In this document: positions 1 through 8,852 of the stretch, one piece after another
Position numbering within the stretch: the first letter of the stretch is position 1
How the letters are laid out: every line of letters starts with the position of its first letter
From: an uncultured virus (IMG/VR IMGVR_UViG_3300046796_000566)
Lineage: Duplodnaviria; Heunggongvirae; Uroviricota; Caudoviricetes
Virus record (IMG/VR): IMGVR_UViG_3300046796_000566
Direction: 5' to 3' (one strand)
DNA: 64,000 nucleotides
Made by a program: the position numbers and the translations under genes
The notes under the pieces: model-generated
Told to the model about the DNA's origin: nothing
The model's database searches: none
The model's input: only the letters and a program-made list of their open reading frames with translations

Positions 1-815
1 AGCAGGTTCGGGACAGTCTGGTCCTGCGGCTGGATTCGAACAATCCTCTTGGTGTGCTGGACTTCATTGAACAGGTAGTCAACCGCCAGCGTGGTCTCCA
101 GCAGATTCGCAGCCGATGGTTCTATTGATTGGCGGATACGAACTGTCGGGTTCGGCCAGTCATCCTGATGGAACGGAGCCTGCGTCGACAACGTCGATAC
201 CAGAAGGTTCGGGACAGTCTGGTCCTGCGGCTGGATGGGACGAATAACCTTCGTGACGTTGAGCTCGCGGAAGATATTGGTGGCATCCGGAGCAATCGAT
301 GACAGTGTCGATGTCAGCAGGTTCGGGACCAGCTCATCCCTTCGCTGGATGGGACGAACTGGAATCTCTGCACTGGTCTTGCCCGGCGGAATCAGTGGCG
401 CGAATAAGGTTCCGTTCAGGCTCTGGGTCTGGTCAATAAATCGCGTCAGCTTCGCCCGTGGAACCTCGGCAAGCAGCTGTTGCCCCGGCGGCTGCAATGG
501 TGCAAAAAGTGTCTTCTGCAGGCTTTGGTCGGGATCGATGAACCGTGTCAGCTTGGCGCGAGGAACTTCCGCCAACAACTGTTTTCCGGGTGGCTGCAAA
601 ACCGCATAGAGCGTTAGCCGCAGGTTCTGCGGAATGTCGGTCTGCGTAACACGGCGAATGACCGGATTCGGGAACGTGAATGGCTTAAATGGAGGTTGGA
701 CCGGACCCGATAGCGTTGAAGTGAGAAGGTTGATCGCGACGAATGCCGCCAGTGCGGCAGCGCTTGATGGCGGAGTGGGCTTGACGTGTTGTGGGGGTGA
801 GAAAATATCGGCCAT
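1..815 (-). CDS. Pro/Gln/Thr-rich internally repetitive protein, probably structural; runs off the left edge and is missing from the ORF track
   Basis: Manual translation from ATG 815: MADIFSPPQHVKPTPP...; open to base 1; QPPGxQLLAEVPRAKLTRFID x2 and IQPQDQTVPNL x2; same strand as neighbouring structural genes. Confidence 0.8.
   Translation of the reverse strand, partial: MADIFSPPQHVKPTPPSSAAALAAFVAINLLTSTLSGPVQPPFKPFTFPNPVIRRVTQTDIPQNLRLTLYAVLQPPGKQLLAEVPRAKLTRFIDPDQSLQKTLFAPLQPPGQQLLAEVPRAKLTRFIDQTQSLNGTLFAPLIPPGKTSAEIPVRPIQRRDELVPNLLTSTLSSIAPDATNIFRELNVTKVIRPIQPQDQTVPNLLVSTLSTQAPFHQDDWPNPTVRIRQSIEPSAANLLETTLAVDYLFNEVQHTKRIVRIQPQDQTVPNL
4..236. repeat. 32-bp exact direct repeat at 4-35 and 205-236 (coding repeat), with a degenerate copy near 319-350
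   Basis: aggttcgggacagtctggtcctgcggctggat occurs twice and encodes IQPQDQTVPNL on the minus strand. Confidence 0.9.
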
Positions 816-873
816 GATCAGTTCTCAGGCACTGGCAGCGGGACTCCGCCGCCAATGCCCGCTGGCCGAGGGG

Positions 874-1398
874 TTAAACGGTTTCGAAAATCATGTGCGC
901 GGAAACAATACCCGCGCCACCGGCTCGCGCCGAAAGACTCACTTCTCCAAAGGATGCCGTGGCACCAAACAATACCACTTCCTCTCCTGGAGCGGCCAGC
1001 CAACGCACGACGCCACCGAAGGCATTGAACGACAGCGGCAGCAGGATCTTTGCCGTATCGCGCTGCGGCTTGTTAGTCGCCGTGTTGTTGAACACCGTCG
1101 GTACCGATCCGGATACCAGCGCTGTGGTCAGACCGCTCATGCCCGTATCGGTCAAGTTCGACGTCGATGTGCTGGTGGTCTTGGTCAGGGAGCCCGAGCC
1201 CACCTGGGAATCGAATGCCAGACAGGTCATCGTTGGGGCGCTCGATGTGGACTGGCCTCCCATGTAGACCTCATAGATGTAAGTCATCTGGGTGGCGATG
1301 CCCTGGAGTGCCAGCGGGTAACTGGCATTCGCCAAATCGGTCGAGTCATTGGTGGCGGTCAGGGTCACGCCGGTTTGGGCTGCTGTTCGTTTTGCCAT
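874..1398 (-). CDS. Putative virion structural protein, Thr/Ala/Ser-rich
   Basis: 174 aa; AAGGAG RBS; beta-rich composition; in late operon. Confidence 0.65.
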   Translation of the reverse strand: MAKRTAAQTGVTLTATNDSTDLANASYPLALQGIATQMTYIYEVYMGGQSTSSAPTMTCLAFDSQVGSGSLTKTTSTSTSNLTDTGMSGLTTALVSGSVPTVFNNTATNKPQRDTAKILLPLSFNAFGGVVRWLAAPGEEVVLFGATASFGEVSLSARAGGAGIVSAHMIFETV

Positions 1399-1739
1399 TA
1401 GATCTCCTTAATCAATTTGTCTTGCGCGTCCTTCTCCAGTGACTCTTCCGCCAGCTGCCGGAATGGCACGCATTCGCCGGTCCGTATTCGTATTTCCTCG
1501 CACTCATCGCAAACTTGATGATGACATTTGAAGCAAAAACCGCGATCTCGTGTTCGCTTCGGTTCTATTACCACAACACGAATGCAATGAGAACAAGTAT
1601 ATGTGGGTGCTTCGAACAGGCCGGACCCACAACCGGGCGGCAGCTCCGCGTCCCATGTATGAAACTCCGTCAATCCCGGCGATGCCCGGTGATCGAGCAT
1701 GAAATACCCTTCCTTCGACCGCTTGCTATGTACGCTCAT
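1398..1739 (-). CDS. Cys-rich zinc-binding hypothetical protein
   Basis: CSHC, CFKC and CDEC motifs; overlaps both neighbours. Confidence 0.65.
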   Translation of the reverse strand: MSVHSKRSKEGYFMLDHRASPGLTEFHTWDAELPPGCGSGLFEAPTYTCSHCIRVVVIEPKRTRDRGFCFKCHHQVCDECEEIRIRTGECVPFRQLAEESLEKDAQDKLIKEI

Positions 1740-2410
1740 ATTGCGCTCCTTGCCCAGAGAATCGTTTCAAAGAATCCAGACGTCCACAGTACGACCTGCG
1801 ATCCACCCACGCCTGCGAGATTCGATGTTCCACTTGCACTATACGATCCCGATATCAACCTCACCTCGAGGTATTCCATTGCAATCGTTCCTCCGCTGGA
1901 CGGGGAGAATTGAAGTATCGTCTGGTAGTCATGCGTCCCGTTGAGGATGCTGTTTGCCGTCGATGCATAGACAACGCCCAGTATGATTCCGGATCGGGGC
2001 TTGTCCAATGGAGTAACTGCTCCTCCGGTCCATTCTCCTCCGGGACTGGTAACCCACGCGCTCTCGGTTCCAAACCGCTCATCCTGGCTTTGCACTCCAT
2101 AAATCTCCGCGTACACAATTCCAATAGTTGCAGACGGAGTCCCTCCGGTAATGGAGATTGAAGTCAATCCCGGGCGCGATACCAGCGATACCGCCAGGAA
2201 TACCGGAAACTCCTGCGCTGGGCCAAAATCAAATTCATGGGAGGCGCTAAACGCAGTCGAGGATGCCGAGAATGTCGGGCCATTAACCGTACCGGAAGCA
2301 ATCAGCACCATCAGGCTATTCGGACCTGTTGCTGGAATCGTATATGTTCCACTACCCGCCCCGCTCAACGTCACATTCCCGGATGTTCTTTGAACGATTC
2401 GCTGCTGCAT
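1736..2410 (-). CDS. Putative structural or decoration protein, Gly/Ser/Thr-rich
   Basis: 224 aa; translationally coupled; beta-strand-like composition. Confidence 0.6.
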   Translation of the reverse strand: MQQRIVQRTSGNVTLSGAGSGTYTIPATGPNSLMVLIASGTVNGPTFSASSTAFSASHEFDFGPAQEFPVFLAVSLVSRPGLTSISITGGTPSATIGIVYAEIYGVQSQDERFGTESAWVTSPGGEWTGGAVTPLDKPRSGIILGVVYASTANSILNGTHDYQTILQFSPSSGGTIAMEYLEVRLISGSYSASGTSNLAGVGGSQVVLWTSGFFETILWARSAI

Positions 2411-3072
2411 TAGAACACCGACGCCGGGTGCAACGTATCAAAGTTGCGAATTGCGAACGATGTTTGGATCGACCCGTCCTGCGCATTCAGCGTCCACGAT
2501 GTCGTGCCTGTTGCTCCAGGCGATGTGATCACCAAGTCCGCAAACCCGCATGGATTGTTGTTGGCCGTATTCTTCTCCACGGTATATCCAGCCGGAGTTG
2601 CAGTGAATGAACGTGCCGACCCGTCTGCGGTGATGATGGAACAATGAATCGCTTTCGGAGTCAGTGTCGTAATCGATGGGGCGGTACGCGTGGCCGGATC
2701 GGTATTGGCATTGATCGTCGATGACGGCGTCACGTCATAGATCACGCCTTGGTTGGGGTTACTGAATGTCACCGCCACAATCGTCCAGCGTTGCGAGCTT
2801 CCAAGCGTAAATGCATACGTGCTGGGGTCCCCAGCTATGATTCTCCGGCTCCAAATAGTCTGGCGCGAACCCGCGCCTGTTTCGTCCTGCGTGGAATCGA
2901 GCGTGAATGGCGTCGATCCATTATTGTCGGTGACGCTCACGCCATTCAGGTTATTGCTGACAACAATACTCACTAAATCACCGGCTGTTGTTCCTGCCGG
3001 GGCCGATACGCTAACAGCGGTAGACCCGGCGTTGTTGGCGGTCGATGAACTGCGGACAGCGGTATCTGGCAT
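2410..3072 (-). CDS. Putative structural beta-sandwich protein, Thr/Ser-rich
   Basis: Likely start MPDTAV at 3072, coupled to upstream stop; PAGTTAGDL motif typical of phage minor-tail/surface domains. Confidence 0.6.
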   Translation of the reverse strand: MPDTAVRSSSTANNAGSTAVSVSAPAGTTAGDLVSIVVSNNLNGVSVTDNNGSTPFTLDSTQDETGAGSRQTIWSRRIIAGDPSTYAFTLGSSQRWTIVAVTFSNPNQGVIYDVTPSSTINANTDPATRTAPSITTLTPKAIHCSIITADGSARSFTATPAGYTVEKNTANNNPCGFADLVITSPGATGTTSWTLNAQDGSIQTSFAIRNFDTLHPASVF

Positions 3073-3692
3073 TACATCCACCCTGCCGAGTGCAACGTCT
3101 GGTCCGAGGTCACACTGCCTGCTGTCCATGAAGCCCAGCGCGATGTCGCATCGCTGCCGGAAACCAATCCGGGATTGCCGGTCGTGAAAATTCCATCGGT
3201 AAAGTTGAGATCCGTTATCGGCACGCCGTTGACTCGAACGGAAATCGCGGCTCCAACCACCTGGATGTTGACGACATCACCTGCCACGGCGACGGTGGCG
3301 GAAACGGCCAAGTCGGTATTGATTCCAGCGTTGGCGCTGACGATGCGATAGTTGTTGTTCCCGGCATTATTGGGATTGATCCCTACCGCATAACCGCTGG
3401 AGATGTTGGCTCCATCGCCACCAAGCCGAACCGCCAGAAACTGCGCACTGGTGGCGAGGGTATCAAACGTCGCCTGCGCAAATTGATCGTCGGTCCATGT
3501 CTGTCCCACGCGGTGATCGGCGCTTTGCAAACCGCCGCCTCCAGCCTGCGCCTTGCCCGTTGGGGTCGACAGCACATGGTCGAAGTAATTCCCCGAATAG
3601 GCAGAGTTCACCCAGAGGCCGGAACTGTAAGTGACCAGCGCAGTCCCGGCACTGCCGTTGAACGGGTCGGTATCGAGTGTGTTCTGTCCCAT
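3072..3692 (-). CDS. Putative lectin-like (ConA/LamG-type) structural protein
   Basis: 206 aa; beta-rich with VVGAAISVRVNG and TGNPGL motifs. Confidence 0.5.
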   Translation of the reverse strand: MGQNTLDTDPFNGSAGTALVTYSSGLWVNSAYSGNYFDHVLSTPTGKAQAGGGGLQSADHRVGQTWTDDQFAQATFDTLATSAQFLAVRLGGDGANISSGYAVGINPNNAGNNNYRIVSANAGINTDLAVSATVAVAGDVVNIQVVGAAISVRVNGVPITDLNFTDGIFTTGNPGLVSGSDATSRWASWTAGSVTSDQTLHSAGWM

Positions 3693-3958
3693 CAGTGATG
3701 CCGGTAGATGTCTACCGTCCTTCCATGTCGCAAATGCCGAAGAAATTCCTGCCGCAACTTCTCTGCTTCCACCTTGTTGTTTCGATCCCGCATCCGCAGC
3801 TTCACTCTATTCCACGCCAATTCACCATGAGGCCGCAACCAACCAAGAACTTTCATGGCCAGCCACTGTGGATGCGAGAATCCGTAGCGATTGAAATAAA
3901 TCCAGCTCATGCCAATCAGCCACACTCGAAGATTAGTGATTCCCGAGAACATACTCAT
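3692..3958 (-). CDS. Hypothetical basic protein
   Basis: Likely start MSMFSG; fills the gap in the operon. Confidence 0.5.
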   Translation of the reverse strand: MSMFSGITNLRVWLIGMSWIYFNRYGFSHPQWLAMKVLGWLRPHGELAWNRVKLRMRDRNNKVEAEKLRQEFLRHLRHGRTVDIYRHH

Positions 3959-6011
3959 GGACCATCTCCGGAATTTTTGCAAGTGGAACACGGACCGATG
4001 GAGGCGCTCCAACGATCAGGATCAACAGCCATATCAACAATACCTGCCCAAACAGAACCGCTGTCGATGCAGAAGCTCCGCCCTGACCAGCCCCTGCCCC
4101 GTTATAACATCCCGGATCAAAACTGGAAATCACGGTACTGGAATAAGCTCCATCGACTCCACCCGCCGCCTCAAAACACACCTGCGCCGGAGTCTTTCGG
4201 GCATGGCCGCTCAAGTAAGTGCCGCCGGTTACATCCGGACCCATCAACGGCCAGAGTACTCCACCAGGCCACCAGCTCGGCGAGACCGTATACAGCAGCG
4301 ATGCTGGCAGCGTGTGGCTGGAGGGAATCGCATTGGGAAATACCGCATCGCCACTGGGAACGTCTCCATTATCAAAGTGACTGGTGGAGTCAAACGCATC
4401 ATAGTTTCCCCAGATCATCGTGCTCGTACATACCAGCGCGTCCGGCTGTACCACCGATGGCGGGTGAAACGTGCTGTCGGCCCCTGCACTGTTGCTGGAT
4501 CCGGCATAGCCCAGACGAAACGTGACGCTGCTGAAGCGGTCATAGGTTGTGCCATCGCTATAACAGGACTTGTATGCGGTGGCGGAATTCAGGGCATTGC
4601 CGATGAGGTTGTACCAGCGATTATAGCTGTTGAGATCCATGCCGCCTGCGGAGGTGTGGTTTCGGAAGAATGTCAGGAGTGCCGTATTTCCGTGCAGGTT
4701 GTCGGCCCAGAGTTTTCGATATCGATTGCCTTCAACCAGCGACATGCTCGACGCCGGATCGTGGGGCTGGATTCCGCCTTCCTGCTGGTCGTCGTTCACC
4801 CAGTTCTCATAGTTGAACGTGATCACATCCCCGATGGTTCCGATGGTCATCGCCCCGGGAGCCTCGGTATTGTTGAAGATATTGTTTTCAATCAGCGAAG
4901 CAAAGGTTTCCTGAAATACAGCTCCATAGGTCGTTGTCGAGCTGCCTCCGCCCGCAGCCCGATCAAACCAGCTGTCGCGGACCGTCACATGAACACTGTC
5001 GTTGGCAACAAACACAAAGTTCATCGACGGAGATCCGAATCCCGACCCATGGAAAAACGTGTAATAGGGTTTCAGTCCCACGCCTTTCACCCAGCAGTTA
5101 TTGGCGAAAAACATGCCGATCAACGCATCTTGCTGGCTGTGATTTCCGGTCGAATCCACGATCAGGTTTTCCAGTCCGGAGTTCTGGATCAGGTCGCTCG
5201 ACTTCAGCCATCCACACTTGGGATTCAATCCTGCCGCCCACGTTCCGGCGGGATGATCGAGTCCCTCGGCAATCGTGACCTGAGTGCCGCTGACATTGGT
5301 CACCATGGATCGCTGTTCCATCGAGGCTTTCGCGCCATCGCCGGTATCGTAGTAGGTTCCAACCTGAGAGACGTCGGTCCCTGTTCCATTCTTCGCGCTG
5401 AAGAAAAACCCACTATTGGGAAGCCCGGCATCGGCAGCATCGGACTGGTAGCAAACCAGCATGTCTCCCGAAGCCAGCCCGGTTGGAGTGGTGTGCATGT
5501 TAAGTACTGTCGCACCTTGGGTGAACGTACCTGTGGAGCCATTGGTCCCATCCCACACCACGGCATTGCCGCCGGTTCCAACCAGCGGTGGAGCACCATC
5601 GGCCCATGCGGTAAAGCCTCCAACAAAGCTAACCGACACGCCAAAAGCCGCCAGCCAATTCGAGCCCGTATTGCTGGTGAGGTTCAAGATCGTGCTCATG
5701 CCTGCGCCACGCAGGATGACATTGGATTTCATCACCACGGCACCCGCGAAGTTATACGTGGCTGCAGGAAGAACAACCAGCCCTACATTAGAGGAGCTGG
5801 AGGTTCCGCTGCACGTATTGATATCGCTATTCAGGGTGCTTAAGGTAACGCTGGTGAGTTCGGTCACGCAGGTATGGCCCGGGGTCTTGATCGTCGCTCC
5901 AGCCGTCGCCCAATTCGTCGTCGCACGCGCAGGATCGATCAGTCCGGAATAGAGCTGGCCGAATGCCGGTGAAGCCATCAGCATGAATGCGATGACGAAG
6001 ACTCGACGCAT
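3933..6011 (-). CDS. Secreted or membrane-anchored pectate-lyase-like right-handed beta-helix protein
   Basis: N-terminal Sec signal MRRVFVIAFMLMASPAFG; VVLPAATY...KSNVILRGAG first rung; GLENL, NCWVKGV and LIENNIF repeats; C-terminal hydrophobic helix VLFGQVLLIWLLILIVG. Confidence 0.7.
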   Translation of the reverse strand: MRRVFVIAFMLMASPAFGQLYSGLIDPARATTNWATAGATIKTPGHTCVTELTSVTLSTLNSDINTCSGTSSSSNVGLVVLPAATYNFAGAVVMKSNVILRGAGMSTILNLTSNTGSNWLAAFGVSVSFVGGFTAWADGAPPLVGTGGNAVVWDGTNGSTGTFTQGATVLNMHTTPTGLASGDMLVCYQSDAADAGLPNSGFFFSAKNGTGTDVSQVGTYYDTGDGAKASMEQRSMVTNVSGTQVTIAEGLDHPAGTWAAGLNPKCGWLKSSDLIQNSGLENLIVDSTGNHSQQDALIGMFFANNCWVKGVGLKPYYTFFHGSGFGSPSMNFVFVANDSVHVTVRDSWFDRAAGGGSSTTTYGAVFQETFASLIENNIFNNTEAPGAMTIGTIGDVITFNYENWVNDDQQEGGIQPHDPASSMSLVEGNRYRKLWADNLHGNTALLTFFRNHTSAGGMDLNSYNRWYNLIGNALNSATAYKSCYSDGTTYDRFSSVTFRLGYAGSSNSAGADSTFHPPSVVQPDALVCTSTMIWGNYDAFDSTSHFDNGDVPSGDAVFPNAIPSSHTLPASLLYTVSPSWWPGGVLWPLMGPDVTGGTYLSGHARKTPAQVCFEAAGGVDGAYSSTVISSFDPGCYNGAGAGQGGASASTAVLFGQVLLIWLLILIVGAPPSVRVPLAKIPEMVHEYVLGNH

Positions 6012-7948
6012 TACGACTCCTTCATCGTCATCCGTGGCATGGTCTGGCCGGACGCCTTTCGTCCAGTGGGGGATACCTGCATCCCAAGTCCCATGTTCTG
6101 TTCGGCCATCAACCGGTCGGTGATGGTATTGGCTCCCGCTGGAGGAGTTCCCACGTTCGGGATTCCCAGGATGTCCATCAGCGTCCAGTGGTCGATCAGT
6201 CCGGCACGCGACAAGGACAGGTACAACATCTTCCTCTCGGTCTCGGACGATGCCAGCAGGGAATTCGGCGCGATGTGGAAGCTGAACTGGCGCAGGAACT
6301 CCCGGCTGCGTTCATAACGTGGCAGTGGCCCGCGCTCCAGCGCTTCCGAAGTGGGATTGCCTTCCTTATCAAAATCCTTTGGATCGACAAAGTCCGGGAT
6401 CATCGATTTCGGATCGAAGTCGAAGTCTTCCTGGGTTGCTCCTTCGGCTCCCAAAATCGTCATGCGTCGTGGCAGCGTATAGAACTGTGCGAAGTTGTAG
6501 GCCATCATCAGCGCAAATTCCCGCATGAACACTTCAATCACTCGAGACCTCATGCGCCAGCACAGGGACATCGACTCGATCATGGTCTCCATGGAGTCGG
6601 ACGCCGGTAGCTGGTTGAGCTTCATCATCGCCGACAGGTCCTGGGATCCGGACAGTTCCTTGATTTTCTCCTGATAGAATTCCACGCCTTTCCAGAAGTC
6701 CTGCGGCAATGGCTCCGGATAGACGAACTCAATGCCGCCCTTACCTGCGGTGGGATTGATGCGGATCTTCTTGCCTGCACGTCGAGTATCGATCCGGTCG
6801 ATCATGTGCTGGGCAATGGCATTCTTGTCGGCCACCACGTCCGGTCGCGCCAGCCGTTCGCACCAGTCGTCATACACGCGCAACAGCTTGTTCAGCGATT
6901 TGTTCGGCGACAACACGTCCCACAGCGGAGCCTTGCCCAGATACGACCACGGCACCGGATCCATCGTCAGCTTCGGATAGGGGAACATCCCATGCCACCA
7001 CGGAGACGGACCGTCATAGAACGGTTCAGGGACTCCAGAGGAAAACACGATCATGCGCTTGCGAGGGTAAAGCCGGTCTCCCGGCTGGACCATGTAGGAC
7101 CAGTTGTTCTGCGGCTTGCCTTCCTTGTCGAACGAGCCGATCTGGACCGCGCTGGTTTTTTCGTTGATGGAGTCGTCATCCACGTAACAGGTGAACACGT
7201 CTGTGGTTGGAACACGCGGAATGTCGCGCTGGGCCTTTTCACCAAACAGACGCTGTTTGAAAGGACTGTCCCCAAACTTCGCCATCAGTTGTCCAACGCG
7301 AGTATTCCGTAGCGATGAAGCCACCACCGATCCATCACGGTCGGGCTGGACGAACCTCACCAGGTCTGGCCGCATGAAGACGTGTTCACAGAGATATCTT
7401 ACGTGGTTGGTCGACCGGGCTTTACGGGAGATGACTCCGTAGCAATCTTGAATAGATGGCGATGTCGATGGCCGTATGGGCAATACATCACGAGGATCCC
7501 AGGCCTCGGCTCTGAAGTCCTCAATGTTTGAATCCCAGTAAGGCTCCAGATAAGACGAGCCACAGCTATTCGTATACTGCACCGCGTACATGAAGGACAT
7601 GTCCATCTGGCGTTGGGACCAGACGTGAGTGGAGAGCTTTCCGTAGATGTTGCAGTGATCTTCATAACGCTTGTTGTAGGTTCGGTATTCCCAGAACGGC
7701 TTGACATCGGTTAGGCCCGAGGCCATGTCGAAATGTGTCTTGGCCGTCAGGTTGACTTCGGTACCGGACAGTGAGCTCGAGCGAAAGTCCGTCGACTGCG
7801 ACATGATCGCGTTGATGGCTTCGTCGCACTTGTCATAGCCGATCTGGGCCTTCAAAAAGCCATCGCCTTCTTCCACCGCTTCCTTGCACCAGCCGATGAC
7901 ACGGTATCCGTAGTCTTCGGTACTGGGTGGAATTTTGCTGTCGGCCAT
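6011..7948 (-). CDS. Portal protein
   Basis: 645 aa; downstream of terminase; WDPRDVLP, YDGPSPWWHGMFPY and LNKL..YDD patterns typical of P22-like portals. Confidence 0.85.
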   Translation of the reverse strand: MADSKIPPSTEDYGYRVIGWCKEAVEEGDGFLKAQIGYDKCDEAINAIMSQSTDFRSSSLSGTEVNLTAKTHFDMASGLTDVKPFWEYRTYNKRYEDHCNIYGKLSTHVWSQRQMDMSFMYAVQYTNSCGSSYLEPYWDSNIEDFRAEAWDPRDVLPIRPSTSPSIQDCYGVISRKARSTNHVRYLCEHVFMRPDLVRFVQPDRDGSVVASSLRNTRVGQLMAKFGDSPFKQRLFGEKAQRDIPRVPTTDVFTCYVDDDSINEKTSAVQIGSFDKEGKPQNNWSYMVQPGDRLYPRKRMIVFSSGVPEPFYDGPSPWWHGMFPYPKLTMDPVPWSYLGKAPLWDVLSPNKSLNKLLRVYDDWCERLARPDVVADKNAIAQHMIDRIDTRRAGKKIRINPTAGKGGIEFVYPEPLPQDFWKGVEFYQEKIKELSGSQDLSAMMKLNQLPASDSMETMIESMSLCWRMRSRVIEVFMREFALMMAYNFAQFYTLPRRMTILGAEGATQEDFDFDPKSMIPDFVDPKDFDKEGNPTSEALERGPLPRYERSREFLRQFSFHIAPNSLLASSETERKMLYLSLSRAGLIDHWTLMDILGIPNVGTPPAGANTITDRLMAEQNMGLGMQVSPTGRKASGQTMPRMTMKES

Positions 7949-8316
7949 TATTGATTCTCCGGTCCTCGCCCATTGCGATCATAGTTCAATCGTTCGTTGA
8001 TGACGTTGTGTGAACGCTCAAAGGCCATCACCTGCCGTGGGCTCATCACCACCTTTTCATACCCTCTCCGACGAAGTCGGTCGGGTACAGGGGCATCGTT
8101 TCGCCCAGGGTACTGGACAGCTCCACCTTCCAGTTGGGAAACGTATACGACACAAGCCTCTGAGGGATGGCACATAGGATCGGTCCCTCTGGAAACGGTC
8201 CATAGCCGCTCCCATTTACCGCTACACCCTCGATGCGTTCGTCCTTCAAGATCGGACCATTGGTCATAAAGCCTCTTTTCGCACTTCGAACAAATAAGGT
8301 CGACGTTCACAGCCAT
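7948..8316 (-). CDS. Zinc-ribbon hypothetical protein (FmdB-like position before portal)
   Basis: CSKC...HRGC motif; coupled to portal start. Confidence 0.6.
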   Translation of the reverse strand: MAVNVDLICSKCEKRLYDQWSDLEGRTHRGCSGKWERLWTVSRGTDPMCHPSEACVVYVSQLEGGAVQYPGRNDAPVPDRLRRRGYEKVVMSPRQVMAFERSHNVINERLNYDRNGRGPENQ

Positions 8317-8714
8317 TAGCGCAGGCCTGCAAATTCTTCAAGAAGGTTCTTGATGGTTTTTCGAAGGAAGGCATCGAAGTCCATTCCGATGCAGCGGGAC
8401 TTGAGACGGTCGAGCAGGTACTGGGACAGCGGGATTTCACATTCGTTGACGGAAATGGAAACAGCGCGGGTCACGATGCGGACCACGTCGGAGCCGGTGG
8501 TGATATTTTTACCCACGGCTTGCTCGATGGCCTGACGCTCGAGATCGGTGAGGATCACGGGCTTTGCCGAGTCCAACCCGGCATAGCGCGTCAGGGTCTC
8601 TGACATCACGGCCTCGATGGTCTTGCCTGTGCGTGCGGCGGTGATTTCGTAAGACTCGCGGATGGGATCGGAAAGGTCTGCTCTTAAAAGGATTGTGGTT
8701 GCGGTGACTGCCAT
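8316..8714 (-). CDS. Hypothetical protein, possibly DNA-binding; apparently leaderless
   Basis: 132 aa; extended -10 TGcTACGGT lies 7 nt upstream of ATG; no SD. Confidence 0.65.
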   Translation of the reverse strand: MAVTATTILLRADLSDPIRESYEITAARTGKTIEAVMSETLTRYAGLDSAKPVILTDLERQAIEQAVGKNITTGSDVVRIVTRAVSISVNECEIPLSQYLLDRLKSRCIGMDFDAFLRKTIKNLLEEFAGLR

Positions 8715-8749
8715 GTCGCGTACCGTAGCACACGATCAGGCTCAAATCC

Positions 8750-8790
8750 AAAAGCAAACGGAGGACCCGGGTGAGACAGGCCCTCCGTTT
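8750..8790 (-). terminator. Intrinsic terminator
   Basis: AAACGGAGGGCC / GGUCCUCCGUUU stem followed by GCUUUU. Confidence 0.75.
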
Positions 8791-8812
8791 TCAGAAAGGA
8801 GATAACAGAAAC
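8750..8812 (-). ncRNA. Candidate anti-RBS small RNA (~63 nt)
   Basis: GUUUCUGUUAUCUCCUUUCUGA followed by a terminator hairpin; complementary to early-gene RBS motifs; own sigma70-like promoter. Confidence 0.6.
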
Positions 8813-8819
8813 AGATCCA

Positions 8820-8848
8820 AATATCGTCCCTCCCGGACGACTTGTCAA
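8820..8848 (-). promoter_or_regulatory. Sigma70-like promoter for candidate sRNA
   Basis: TTGACA-N17-GATATT. Confidence 0.6.
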
Positions 8849-8852
8849 CCCA

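Noticed and set aside
4..350. Direct repeats as a CRISPR array or DGR TR/VR pair
   Set aside because: They are in-frame coding repeats with irregular spacing; there is no adenine-specific variation and no cas or reverse transcriptase gene.
3909..5843. 644-aa plus-strand ORF and similar long antisense ORFs (45273, 52180, 61040)
   Set aside because: These are shadow frames of GC-rich genes with better-supported minus-strand products.
8791..8830. Plus-strand gene starting from the strong RBS-like sequence
   Set aside because: No start codon lies at a usable distance, and the promoter and terminator both point to the minus strand.
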